From the NCBI GenBank assembly GCA_965153455.1, contig OZ234493.1:10220213-10284212 (forward strand): a stretch of DNA of 64,000 nucleotides, read 5' to 3'. The stretch's first letter is position 1; every line of letters starts with the position of its first letter. This DNA comes from Sphagnum compactum. Lineage: Eukaryota. Of the stretch, positions 13,130 through 24,676 are shown piece by piece. The position numbers and the translations under genes were made by a program. The notes beneath the pieces are model-generated. The model saw nothing but the letters and a program-made list of their open reading frames with translations. It did no database searches and was not told the origin of the DNA.

Positions 13130-15907
13130 CAATAGTATAAAGTGGGGTGTAGTCCACTAGCTTAAATCATTATGGGACTTTAAAAGAGAAATAAGTTCAC
13201 TGCACTCTAGTGATTTCACCTTGGTTAAAGTTATTTCATTATAATATCAATATGTAAACATCATGTTTCACCATTAGTTGACATAATTCATTATTATAAT
13301 TTACTGTGGTAAATAGGTTTATTTTTATGTTGTTGTTTTAAATACCTTATGCTACTTTATGATATACCTTATATTATTTTAGGCTACCTTAGTTATTCTA
13401 ACTTATACCCTAAATTATTATATGTTATTCTATTTTAAGTTTTTTTAATTAAATTATTCAACTAACCTTAAGTTATACTTTAGGTTATTTTATTTTTAGT
13501 TAATATATGTTATTTCAAGTTATACTTTAAATTATTCAAGGTCATTCTATTTTATGCTATTATTAATTACTTTATCCTAAGTATAATAATTTAAAATAAT
13601 CTATAATGAAATATAATGACCTAAAGTAAAATAATTGGAATAATCAATAATAACATATGAAAAATATTTAGAATAACTTACAATAAAATAACTACTAATA
13701 GCCTATGATAATATAACTTAGAATATTCAACAATAACTCATAATATAATAATCATCAATAGTCGTAATATAACTTGTAATAACCAAATATAACCACTAAT
13801 AACCTATGATAATTTAACCACCAATATCCACTAATAACCATTAATAAATAGTTCCATTAATAGTCATTAATGGCCTATGGTAATTTAGTTTAAAATAACC
13901 ACTAATAGCCACCAATAGTCATTAATAGAATAACCACTAATAGTCATTAATAAAATAACCACCAATAGTCATTAATAAAATAACCACCAATAACCATTAA
14001 TAAAATAACCATCAATAACCATTAATAAAATAACCATCAATAACCATTAATAAAATAACCATCAATAACCATTAATAAAATAACCATCAATAACCATTAA
14101 TAAAATAACCATCAATAACCATTAATAAAATAACCATCAATAACCATTAATAAAATAACCATCAATAACCATTAATAAAATAACCATCAATAACCATTAA
14201 TAAAATAACCATTAATAAAATAGCCACCAATAGCCATTAATAGAATAACCACAATAACCATTAATAGAATAGCCACCAATAGCCATTAATAGAATAACCA
14301 CCAATAATCAGTAATAAAATAACCATTAATAACCATCAATAGAATAATGACCAATAACCATTAATATTAATAGAATAGCCACCAATATCCATTAATAGAA
14401 TAGCCACCAATAGCCATTAATAGAATGGCCACCAATAGCCATTAATAGAATGGCCACCAATAGCCATTAATAGAATAATCACCAATAACCATTAATAGAA
14501 TAATCACCAACATTTAGTACTAAAATAGCCAATAATAACCATCAATAGAAGAACTACCAATAACCATTAATAAAATAACCATTAATAACCACAAATAGAA
14601 GAACAACCAATAGCCACCAATAAAATATATAGGCACTAATAGAATAGGCACCAATAACCACCAATATAATAACCAAAAATAGCCACCAAACCAATAGCCA
14701 TAAATAACCTATGATAATATAACCTAAAATAGTCAATAATAACATAAGGTAAAATAACCAACAATAGCTTCATATAACCGTAAATAGTCTAAGAAGCTTA
14801 AAATAACAAAAAAAACTTATAATAACTACAAAAAGCTAAATGAAATAGCCTATAATAGCTAAAAATAACACAGAATGGCCAAAAATAACTTACAATAGTT
14901 GAAAATAGTCTAAGAGGAAATAACTTGAAATAGCCAAAATAACATAAAATAACTAAATTAACTTAAAATAATCGAAAGTAATTTGGGATGAAATAGTTTA
15001 AAATAACCAAAAAAATTTAAGAATAACTATAAATAATGTAGGGTGAAATAATTTAGAAGAATGAAAAGTAGCCCTAAACTAGCTAAAAATAACTTAACAT
15101 AGGTAGTAATATTATTTTAGTAAAAATCTTATACATTTATTAAACTTTTTTTTTCAAAAAAATGGTCATTGAAATGTTATTGAATAATGATATTCAAAAT
15201 AAAAATTCAAATGATTTTACACTTTCAAAAGGAAATAAATGTAATATTGTACATTATTGAAAAAAATAAATTAAGCTTTAATTATTTCATTTGAACAAAA
15301 TTTCAATAATATATGAATTTTCAAAGTTTATTTTTTGTAATGTTTAAAATGAAATATTTAATAAATAAAATGCAATCTAACACATTATCACAGAAAATGT
15401 GGTGGCTCGATGGTACAGGTATTTCCCTCCATCCTAAAGGTGAACTGTTCAAACTTCGCAAATGGTGTGTTTGTGGTCAATAGTGGTAAGTTGACCAAAT
15501 ATTCTCCTATGTAGCTCCTAGAGTAGTAGAGTATGTGCTTACTTGGGTTGATTACATGGCCTATGTACTTAGGCTAGGTTTATAACCTAGCCTAGGTAGT
15601 GGCACGTGTCAATAATCCAAAGGTTGAAAATCATGAAATTATCAATAATATTAAATATTAAATAATTTAAATTTAATTGATTTCCATGTTGTTTAGTTAA
15701 TTAATTAGCAAGTGAAATGGCTTGTTAAATTTGTATTTCACTTGAAAATAATTTTGTTTCACTAGATACTAGTGGACCAATTCATTGTTTGTAACAATTG
15801 GTCCTCGTTCATTAAGGGGTTGACTAGTTTCACCATGGTAAAAATGCATAAATTTACTCAAAATATAGTGAAATCCATAATGAACTAGGACGCATTTTGG
15901 TGTAGTG
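13130..15907. mobile_element. Probable non-autonomous CACTA element 'C' nested in B
   Basis: Right end TTTTGGTGTAGTG. Left end CAATAGTATAAAGTGGGGTGTAG, whose equivalent in the second copy reads CATTAGTACAAAAGTGGGGTGTAG. TTCAC/GTGAA subterminal repeats. TIRs are imperfect and the TSD is not clean (AGA vs AAG). Confidence 0.6.
13880..14640 (+). repeat. 25-bp minisatellite (TAACCATTAATAAAATAACCATCAA)
   Basis: Eight perfect units at 13991-14190, flanked by diverged units. Confidence 0.95.
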
Positions 15908-16179
15908 AAGGGCTAGGGGCTTGAATGACATGTGTATCTTTTAACTAATCAACTTGGTTGAAATGACATGTTTGACTATTTGTTAACTTGGACATATAGT
16001 CAAATTGGACAAAAATTTGACCACCTTGGTCAAAATGACCAATGATGTTTAATCAATTGGAATATTTAATCAAGTTGGACATAAACAAATGACACTTTTG
16101 GTCAAAATGGCTAATGGGGTTTCAATCAAGTATAATATTTAATCAAGATGACCAATGTTATTATAATCAAATGGGGCAT

Positions 16180-16440
16180 CCTACCTACATATCTACCATA
16201 TTCTACAACCTTCTTACCTACCTATTTATTGACTTATTGACCTACCTGCCTTTGTATTTACCTATTTATTACAACCTACCCACCCACCCACCCACTTACC
16301 TATCGACTTATCAACCCGCCCACCTACCCACCTACTAATTATTACCTACTTATTTACCTAGCTACCCACCCACCTACCTCCTTACCTACTTACTTACCTA
16401 CCCACCTACCTCCTACAACATACCTACCTACGTACCTCAT
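16180..16440 (+). repeat. (ACCT/ACCC)-rich low-complexity tract in CACTA-B
   Basis: Runs of acctacct, acccacc and acttacct. Similar tracts occur at 40780-40950 and 63790-63960. Confidence 0.7.
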
Positions 16441-19400
16441 AGTCTTGTAATGATGTGTCAAAATAAACATGTGAAATAAAAAACTTGACAAAAGTTGAAC
16501 ACCTTTTGATGGTGTGGTTCATTGGTGAAAGATATGGTTTATCATTGGGGAGGTCAAAGGTTCAATTCCTAATATTTGTAATTTATGTATATGTTTAGGG
16601 GTTAAGGTAGGTAGCTAGGTAGGTTAGGGTAGGCTACCACCTACCTACCTACTTACTTGCCTATATATATATTTTTTATAATAATATTAAAATAAATTAT
16701 TTAAATCATTTGACTAATCAAATGGTCCTTATTTTGCCAGTAAAAAAAACCACCCTAATCACACTAAACATGTTAAAATCGACTTGTCCAAAATGACAAG
16801 GGGTCGTTTTGCTCCCCCCCCCCCAATTTGGTATTTTTTTACTAGAATTCCTAGTTTCAAAAACCAAGAATTCTAGTAGTGATTTGTGTAAATGTAAGTG
16901 TAAAAATAAATTTATTTATATAGTTTTACATGGTCTGATAAAACAATGTAAATATTATATATATGTGTGTGTGTGATTTTACATGACTATGTAGAAAATG
17001 TAAGTTTTACTTGAGGAGATTCAAAAAAATAAAAAACATCAGCATTCAAAGGTGGGGGGGGGGCTTAGTTTTTGTGGTGAGTTAAATTTCACCCTATCTC
17101 TCCTTTTTCTTAACGCTTCCACTATTGCTCCTATTTGTAAAGCCAATATAATTAGTCTTGAACCTTGTGCATTAAATGTTGATTTTCAACATTTCATTCC
17201 TAGATCCAATAAATTTCCTTACTTTATGGATACCCTTGAAAGAAGGGTTTGGGGTGAAAGGAGGCCCAAATATAGGGTAACTTTACACATAATTTTAGTA
17301 TTTACACTTACACTTCCCAAAACATTTACATGGGGTCATGTAAATGTAATAAAATTTGGATGTGTAAGTGTAAATGATTTACACTTGCACTGGATTTTCA
17401 CGTTATATATATGGCTATTGACACTTACACGCATAACACTAGTATGGATTGCCCCCACTTATTCCATTCAATTTTGAATTTCTTAATTTTAAATAATAAC
17501 ACATAATTTTAAATGCCCAAATTGTGTAAGGGTTATAGAACATGGGAAGGAACCATTGTGGATTTAGAAAATTGCAGTTCAAAAGATGTTACTGATTTAG
17601 CATAAGTGCATTGTTTGATCCATGGACAAGAAGCAATACATGAACCTGCACCACATACTAATGGTTGCCACATGGATGTACCAGTTAGGAACCCAATAAC
17701 ACCCATGGCTAATGTTCTTAGGCTTGACCCAAAAGTTCAAATTCACAAGATGGTTGTTGAAGCATTTACCAACTTTGACAATTTACAATAGGGGTCTAAA
17801 GAACAAAACCCACCGATCATTGAGCCCTTGGAGAATCCACAAATGGACTTTCACATCCTAGATGACCAAGGATGACATCAAGCTATAATGGATTCAATGA
17901 TCATTAAAGCATCAACCCTATTGTTTGAAGGATCTTCAATAAACATGTTGTCCACCATGTTATTATTATTGAATTTGAAGATGGTCCATGGGCTAAGCAA
18001 TGTTTTCATGGATGAATTATTTTCCTTGTTTGCGAAAAAAACTGCTACCAAAGGGGAACACCATACTAGTCACAACTTACGAGGCCTTTAAGTTAGTTAA
18101 AGAACTTGGTTTGAATTATGATTCCATTCACAACTGCACAAATGGTTGTGTCCTTTTTAAGGGCACCTTGAATCATTCAAGGGTGTGTCCAAAATGTAAT
18201 ACTAGTAGGTTTGTGGAGAACTCATAAAGTGTTCCAAGGAAAGTGCTTTGGCACTTTCCTTTGATTCCACGACTATTATGGATGTATAGGTGCAAAACTT
18301 TGGCGGAATTGTTGATTTGGCACAAAGATGGAGCAAGCACAGATGGCCTAATTCGGAGTGTGTTGGATTCCCAAAGTTGGAAGCACATTACTAGAAAATG
18401 GTTGGATTTTGTAATTGAAGTAAGAAACATTCGATTAGGGTTAACACTAGATGGGGTGAACCCTTTTGGTGACTTGAGTTCGTGTTACATGGCCAATTGT
18501 TCTACTTTATTACAGTTTGCCCCCTTGGTTGGTAACAAAACATTACTTTATGACGTTGGCCTTAATAATTCCTGGCAAGGAATCTGCAACACCTAGAAAC
18601 ATAGATGTGTACTTGGAGCTTGTCATTGAGGAATTACAAATGTTGTGAAATGGTGTTAAAGCTTATGATTCATTATAGGGGGCAACATTCAACTTGAAGG
18701 CTATGTGTATGTGGAGTATAAACGACTTTCTAGCCTATGGACTGTTTGCAAGGTGTGTTACCAAAGGTCATGTGGGATCCCCATCTTGTGGCCCAGCTAC
18801 AAAAGCTCGTTTTTCAAGGAATTTTTTTCAAATGATTTATTGTGGGAGTCGGCGTTATCTACCAAGGACCCACCCCTATCGGCGAACTTGGACTACTTTC
18901 AACGGTGAAATAGAAAACATGGTGGCTATTGTGTGAGTGATTACATGAAATATCATAAAGTGGGGCAAGGAACGGGAAACATGGTTGCAAGGTCCATGGA
19001 ATAGAGCTGGCTCAAAACATGACCATGTACACAAACATGGCATCAAGCAGCATAACATCATGTTCAAATTTCTGTACTGGGAGGTAAGCATTACAAGCCA
19101 AAAACATTGGACTGAATTAGTTATGTTACATATTAGCATGGATTTTAGCTAGCCTATTAATTTACATGTCTAAGTCATATAAAGATTACATATTTGCAAT
19201 AATGATTAGTGTGATTAATGTGACTAATGTGGTCCTTATTACTATTAGGAATTGTTCATCTGCAACACCTTGGATGTCATGCACTATGAGAAAAACTTGT
19301 GTGAAAATTGATAAAAACTATTTTTGGCATTAAGGATATTGTAATAGTCCGGGAAGATATGGAACAATGTGGAATCTAGCCATATTTGTGGCTACAATCT

Positions 19401-20414
19401 AATGGGGTTGGGTTCATTAAACCTATAGCTCCATATGTTCTAACACGTGAGGAAAAAAATTGGTTCATGCAAATTATTGTAAACTTGAAAACTCCCACTC
19501 ATTATGTGTCTTCATTCAAGAAATGGGTCCAAAAGGATGGTGGTCTCAAGGGAATGAAATCACATAACTTTCATGTGATGATGCAAGACATTTTGCCATT
19601 ATGCATGCACCATTTAATGGCAAAAGGTTACAGAATGACCATCATCTGCTTGAGTCATATGTTCAAAAAACTATGTGCCAAAATTGTGGACCCAACAACA
19701 ATGGTTGAGCTCAAGAATGATGTGGTAGTCACACTAGTATTGTTGGAGAAGGAAATTCTTCCTTTCTTTAACACCATGACCCATCTTCTAGTCCACTTAG
19801 TTGAAGAATTGGAAATTTGTGGTCTAGTACATATGCACTAAGTGTATCCTGTGGAACATTATATGAAGACATTAAAGGGATATGTGAGGAACAAAGCAAG
19901 GCTTGAAGGATCCATGGCAGAAAGCTACACAATAAAGGAGGCATTGGGATTTTGCATAGAATATTTGCAAGATTTTACAGCCACAAAACAAAGGGTGTGG
20001 GATGAAAAAGAAGACCAATGTATGGTTGATGAGGTGGTTGAAGGAAACTGCCACCCACGAAAATTGAGTGCCGACCTTCGAGACATGGCCCATTCTTTTG
20101 TCCTTCAAAATGTGGAGTTAATGGTTCCACGACGCTTGTATGCCACTTTAAACTTTATACTAAATATTTTTAAGTTCCAAACATAAATTGGAGCTTTGCA
20201 TTAGATACAAGTCACAACATTATAACTTGTATATCTTAGTTGTTATGCTTGAACTAAACCATGGCTAAATTCTGATGGTAGGAAGCACACTATAGAAGTT
20301 GGGATATGAAATGAAGGAAGACAAAAGTTTTTACGAACTATTGGTCAATCCCAAGGTATAATTCATGTATTCCCAAACCACCTTGTAGAAGTTGTCTCAT
20401 TTCCAATTTGGATA

Positions 20415-22974
20415 CACTACTAGAAATCTTGTCATTTGCAACCAGTCACTATGCAACTGGCATGCAACTGGTTGTCGTTTGTAACTATCTTGGTCATGTT
20501 TGCAACTACAAATTCGGTATTGTATAATTTTTGGGCCATATGGTTGTGTGTGCAACTAACATGCAACTAAATGTGTACAACATGGACACGTGTCATAAAA
20601 ATAATGGCCCAAACTTATACATACTTAAATTATTATACTTAATATATCTACATAGGCTATATATAATAGTATTATGTACCTCTAGTACTAAGGGGTTTAA
20701 AATAACCTCTAAACTAACCTAGGTTAAAATAACCATGGTTAAACTAACCTAGGCTAAATAAACTAAAAAGTTAAACTAACCATGGCTAAATTAAGTTAGG
20801 CTAAATTAATTATGGCTAATTTAAATTAAGTTAAATTAACCATGGTTAAATTAAGCTAAACTAAATTAATTATGGCTAAATTAAATTAATTAAATCAAAT
20901 TAAGCTAAACTAACCATAGTTAAATTATGTTAGGCTAAAATAATTATGGCTAAATGAAATTAATTTAAATTACCTATGGCTAAATTAAGTTAGGCCAAAC
21001 TAATTATGGCTAAATCAAGTTATGCTAAATTAAATTAGATTGATATTAATTATGGCTAAACTAAATTAAGCTAAATTAAACTAGGCTAGAATAAATATGG
21101 CTAAATTAAGTTAGGCCAAACTAATTATGGCTAAATTAAGTTAGGCTATAATATTTATGGCTAAACTAAATTAGACTATATTTATTATGGCTAAACTAAT
21201 TAGGTAAAAATTAACAATGGTTAAATTAAGTTAGGTTAAAATAATTATTGCTAAACTAAATTATGCTAAATTAAATTAAGTTAAACTAAACCTTGGTTTA
21301 AATATGTTTGACTTTATTTTATTTTGGAATATTTTATCAGAAAATGTACATTTGATTAAACAAAAAATTATTCAAAATCAATTAATATGATAATATTAAA
21401 AAATTATTATAAATAATCATAATTATTAATTAAATGTTTATTATAATTATAGTGATAATCAATTATATATATATAATCAACAGGTATTATATATTTAAAT
21501 TTTATTATTTATGTTAAAATATTAATGTAAATAGGCTACATTAATTAACCTACAAGTATACAAACGTCCTAAGCTAATTATTAATTTAAACTAGATAATA
21601 ATATTAAAATCATATTTTCATTAAGTAATCATAATTACTAAAAATATCCTATAATCACCTTTGAAGTGCAAAAGAAAAGGAGTAATGAAAAACTAATGAG
21701 AAGAAAAATAAGAAAAATAAGCTTTCCAAGTTATAAAACGTTTTGTTTTTTTCTTTGGACCCCTCCTACTTTCAAAGCTCATAACTTTCTTATTTCTTAT
21801 TCATTTTAAACGATTTAAAGTGCTATAGGAGCGCCATCTGAAGTCCTACAAATCACATTGGAACTCTAATAGCAAAAAAACAACATAAAATGAACTTTCT
21901 GGGTGTTTAAGAACTGGCCATTGTAGTGTTCAATAGTTTCTTTTTTGAATTTTTTGACCCCCTTTACTTTGGGGGGCCATAACTTTCTCATTTCTAATCT
22001 GTTTTCAACGATTTTTAGTGTGTTAGATGCGCCAAGAGGAGGGCTTCAAGTTTTGTTTGGACACCAAAAGCAATAAAGCCATCCCCTGGCTGGTATACGT
22101 TAATACAGTAGTTGCATCTAATGTGCAACTAGGTTGGTTCATGAGGTTTGCAATGGAATGTTTTAACCCATATCCTTTGGCTTCCAATTCTATTTGGTTC
22201 AGTATATAAGTAGGAGCAATAGTTTTGTTGAAACCAAATACCAAGTGCCATTGGGGATGAGTGAATGAAAAAAACTTGACCTTTATGAAATGGTCAAACC
22301 TAAAAATAAAATTGGATTATTCTAAACCTATTTATATAACCTAAGCCTAGCTATTTTTCAACCTACTTACATACCTAAATAAATCTACTTACTTAATAGG
22401 GTTTAATTATTATCTACCTACCTAGGCACCACGTGTCAACATCTTATTAGCCATAAATTGGATGACGTAGATTTCATTAATTAATATTTAAAAATTTAAA
22501 AATAGGTGGGCCTTGATTGCCACGTGTCACCATATAATTGGTGTTAAAAATGAACACGTGTCAAATGGTCAATGAACGTCCCATGGTGTGCCATGTGTCA
22601 TCATCCTAGTGGCAAAAATATTAATGCTTGAGATTAATCCAATGAGTTTTTAATTTTGAAAACACAAAAAAATAAAATAATGACACGTGTCCACAAGCTA
22701 GTTGTCTAATTTTTAAACATGCGTCATATTTTGATTAGTTGCATTGTAGTTGCAAGGAAAGTTGCACATAAGGTGCAACTCATTTGGATTAGTATGTATG
22801 TATGAACATGTATACTAACATCGTATATACATGTTGCATACGTAGTGTCGCATGCAACTGCATGTCATGTGCAACTTGTCTTATGCAACTACACAAATTT
22901 GCAGTTACATGTGTCGCATGCAACTGAATTTTAGTTGCAAACGACAGTTGCAAAACCCAAATTTTCTAGTAGTG
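20415..22974. mobile_element. Non-autonomous CACTA element 'D' inserted in the transposase coding sequence
   Basis: Perfect 12-bp TIR CACTACTAGAAA. 3-bp TSD ATA at 20412-20414 and 22975-22977. TGCAAC subterminal repeats. Removing it restores the reading FPIWI-RTTICSTIKDG. Confidence 0.93.
20705..21295 (+). repeat. Degenerate AT-rich tandem array (GGCTAAATTAAGTTA/ATTATGGCTAAA units)
   Basis: Dozens of 10-15-bp variant units inside CACTA-D. Confidence 0.8.
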
Positions 22975-24676
22975 ATAAGGACTACCATTTGTTCAACCAT
23001 CAAAGATGGTGAAATAATTGACAAAGATGTTGTGCATATGTCCATGCCGCCAACATTGGAAGCTACAACATATCGTGCAATGTATGCTTTTGGAAACCAT
23101 TTATGTGTTTCAAGTGGTGAAGAACATTTGACGACAAGGGATAATGGCATTGTTGATACGTTTGAACAAGAATGTGTTTCAGGACCAAATGCTCAATGAC
23201 CTATCTTTGCAAAACTATAATATGTAGGCTGGATTGAAGAGATATTGGAGTTCAACTATGAGGTATTCAATACTATAATGCTTTTCTGTAATTAGGTGAA
23301 AGCAAATTACACGAGGAGTGTGCAACAATCAAAATAAACTAGTATGGCTTCACACTTGTTAATTTCAATTTTCTAATTCCCATATTTGATTAATCTTTTG
23401 CTTTTTCAATTCATGTCAAACAAGTGTTTTTTTTTTACTGATCTAAAGGAGAAAGGGTGAAAGGTAGTCTACACAAAGATCCATGTGGGAAAGGAGTAAC
23501 AAGGGGTGTTGACTTTGACTATATTGATTTGGATATGTTTAGAATTGAGAATGATGATAGTTACACTGGTTTACAAGCTCCAATTTCAATTCCCAAGGTA
23601 ACTCAAAGAACAACTATTGTTGGAGGAGTTCCATTCATGCCTATAGTTTTGGTAGATGTTGCTATTGTTGGAACGAATCAAGATGGTCATGATAGTGATC
23701 CACAAAGTGCGGATGAGTTTGTTGGGCCAAACAACTTTGACAATGATGGTTAACTAAACCTTAATTTTCTACAATGGTTTTACTTTCAAATTGCGATGAA
23801 GGTTCAAAACAATGTTCAAAACCATGTACATGTGTTACTGTAATTTTGTAAATCATCTACTTGACTTGAAGGCCTTTTTGTGACATTTGAAATATCCATA
23901 ATGTGGATTGTATGTTCAAAATTTCTATAGTAGTGTTGAACCATATATCCAAAAGTATAGGCCTTTAGGGTTAGATGATGAAGATCATCACATATATGGT
24001 CATCGGTGTGTGGTTCAATATTAATGTAATTTGGAACTACACATGATGTGTTCACTTTATTCATTACAAATATTAACTAAATAATGGTATTTGAATAGTT
24101 CAAAATTGATATATAGTAAATGGTTAATAATTATAATATATTTTGTGAAATATTAATATATAAGTATGTATAAAAATTCAAATTAAATATATTATATATT
24201 CCATTTTCCCATTTCATTTTTTTAAATTTCAAATTATTGTCCCTTTATTATAATTCTTTATTGCATGTGAAATAATCATTAATAATAGTCGATAAACATG
24301 TGAGCCTAACTATGCTAGTAGATTTTTTCTGTGATTAACACAAATAATAAAACATAAAATAGTTTTTTATTTTAATATTGCCACATCATATTATGACATT
24401 ATAGTCACATCAATCATAGTTTGATGACTAATTCTAGGCACATTAATCAACATAGACAACTGTGCATTGGTGCCATTTCCGCCACATGTGAAACTTGTTG
24501 TTTGATTTGACTGCAATGCTAGTTTTTTAGTCAAAACGAACATTGTTATTTTTAATGTTAGTCATAATGGACACCCTTAATCACTTCATACTAGAACTCT
24601 ATCCTATATCATGATTGTATAGTCATCTCAGTCATAATGTTAGTAGCAAAAAAACCATACTTTTGTAGTAGTGGTT

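Larger units (their letters stand above)
13046..16881. mobile_element. Non-autonomous CACTA element 'B'
   Basis: TIRs CACTATTAAAATTCTTGGTTTTT vs reverse-complement CACTACTAGAATTCTTGGTTTTT (21/23). 3-bp TSD ATT at 13043-13045 and 16882-16884. TTGAC/GTCAA subterminal repeats. Confidence 0.88.
12934..17441. mobile_element. Non-autonomous hAT element (~670-bp core) carrying nested CACTA-B
   Basis: Perfect 8-bp TSD GTATGGAT at 12926-12933 and 17442-17449. TIRs TAATGTTGTGCGTGTAAATG vs reverse-complement TAGTGTTATGCGTGTAAGTG (17/20). TGTAAA/TTTACA subterminal repeats in both arms. Confidence 0.88.
12710..23753 (+). pseudogene. CACTA/En-Spm TnpD-like (Tnp2) transposase pseudogene, interrupted by two nested insertions
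   Basis: Exon 1 (12710-12925) reads ECPCTCCHG..IKKHLRQNG (transposase-associated Zn motif). Resumes at 17531. IHNCTNGCVLF..CPKC; LWHFPLIPRL..RNIRLGLTLDGVNPFG (Transposase_21); FFNTMTHLLVHLVEE..YPVEHYMKTLKGYVRNKARLEGSMAE (DUF4218-like); YVGWIEEILE..YGFTLVNF (DUF4216-like). Many stops and frameshifts. Confidence 0.93.
2216..24673. mobile_element. Large decayed CACTA/En-Spm element 'A' (~22.5 kb with nested inserts; ~15.4 kb core)
   Basis: Right end TTTTGTAGTAGTG (reverse complement CACTACTACAAAAGTATGG..TGCT..TGACT). Degenerate left end CACTTTTATAAATTAGGGG..TGCT..TGACT. TGACT/AGTCA subterminal repeats at both ends. Flanks ATC and GTT both derive from a GTC 3-bp TSD by one transition each. Contains a TnpD-like transposase. 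Confidence 0.7.

Noticed and set aside
13880-14640. CRISPR-like array
   Set aside because: Head-to-tail units with no unique spacers, in a eukaryotic TE context with no cas genes.
14554-14745. Hydrophobic membrane-protein-like ORFs (also 39064-39434 and 16114-16338)
   Set aside because: They are translations of minisatellite or low-complexity tracts.
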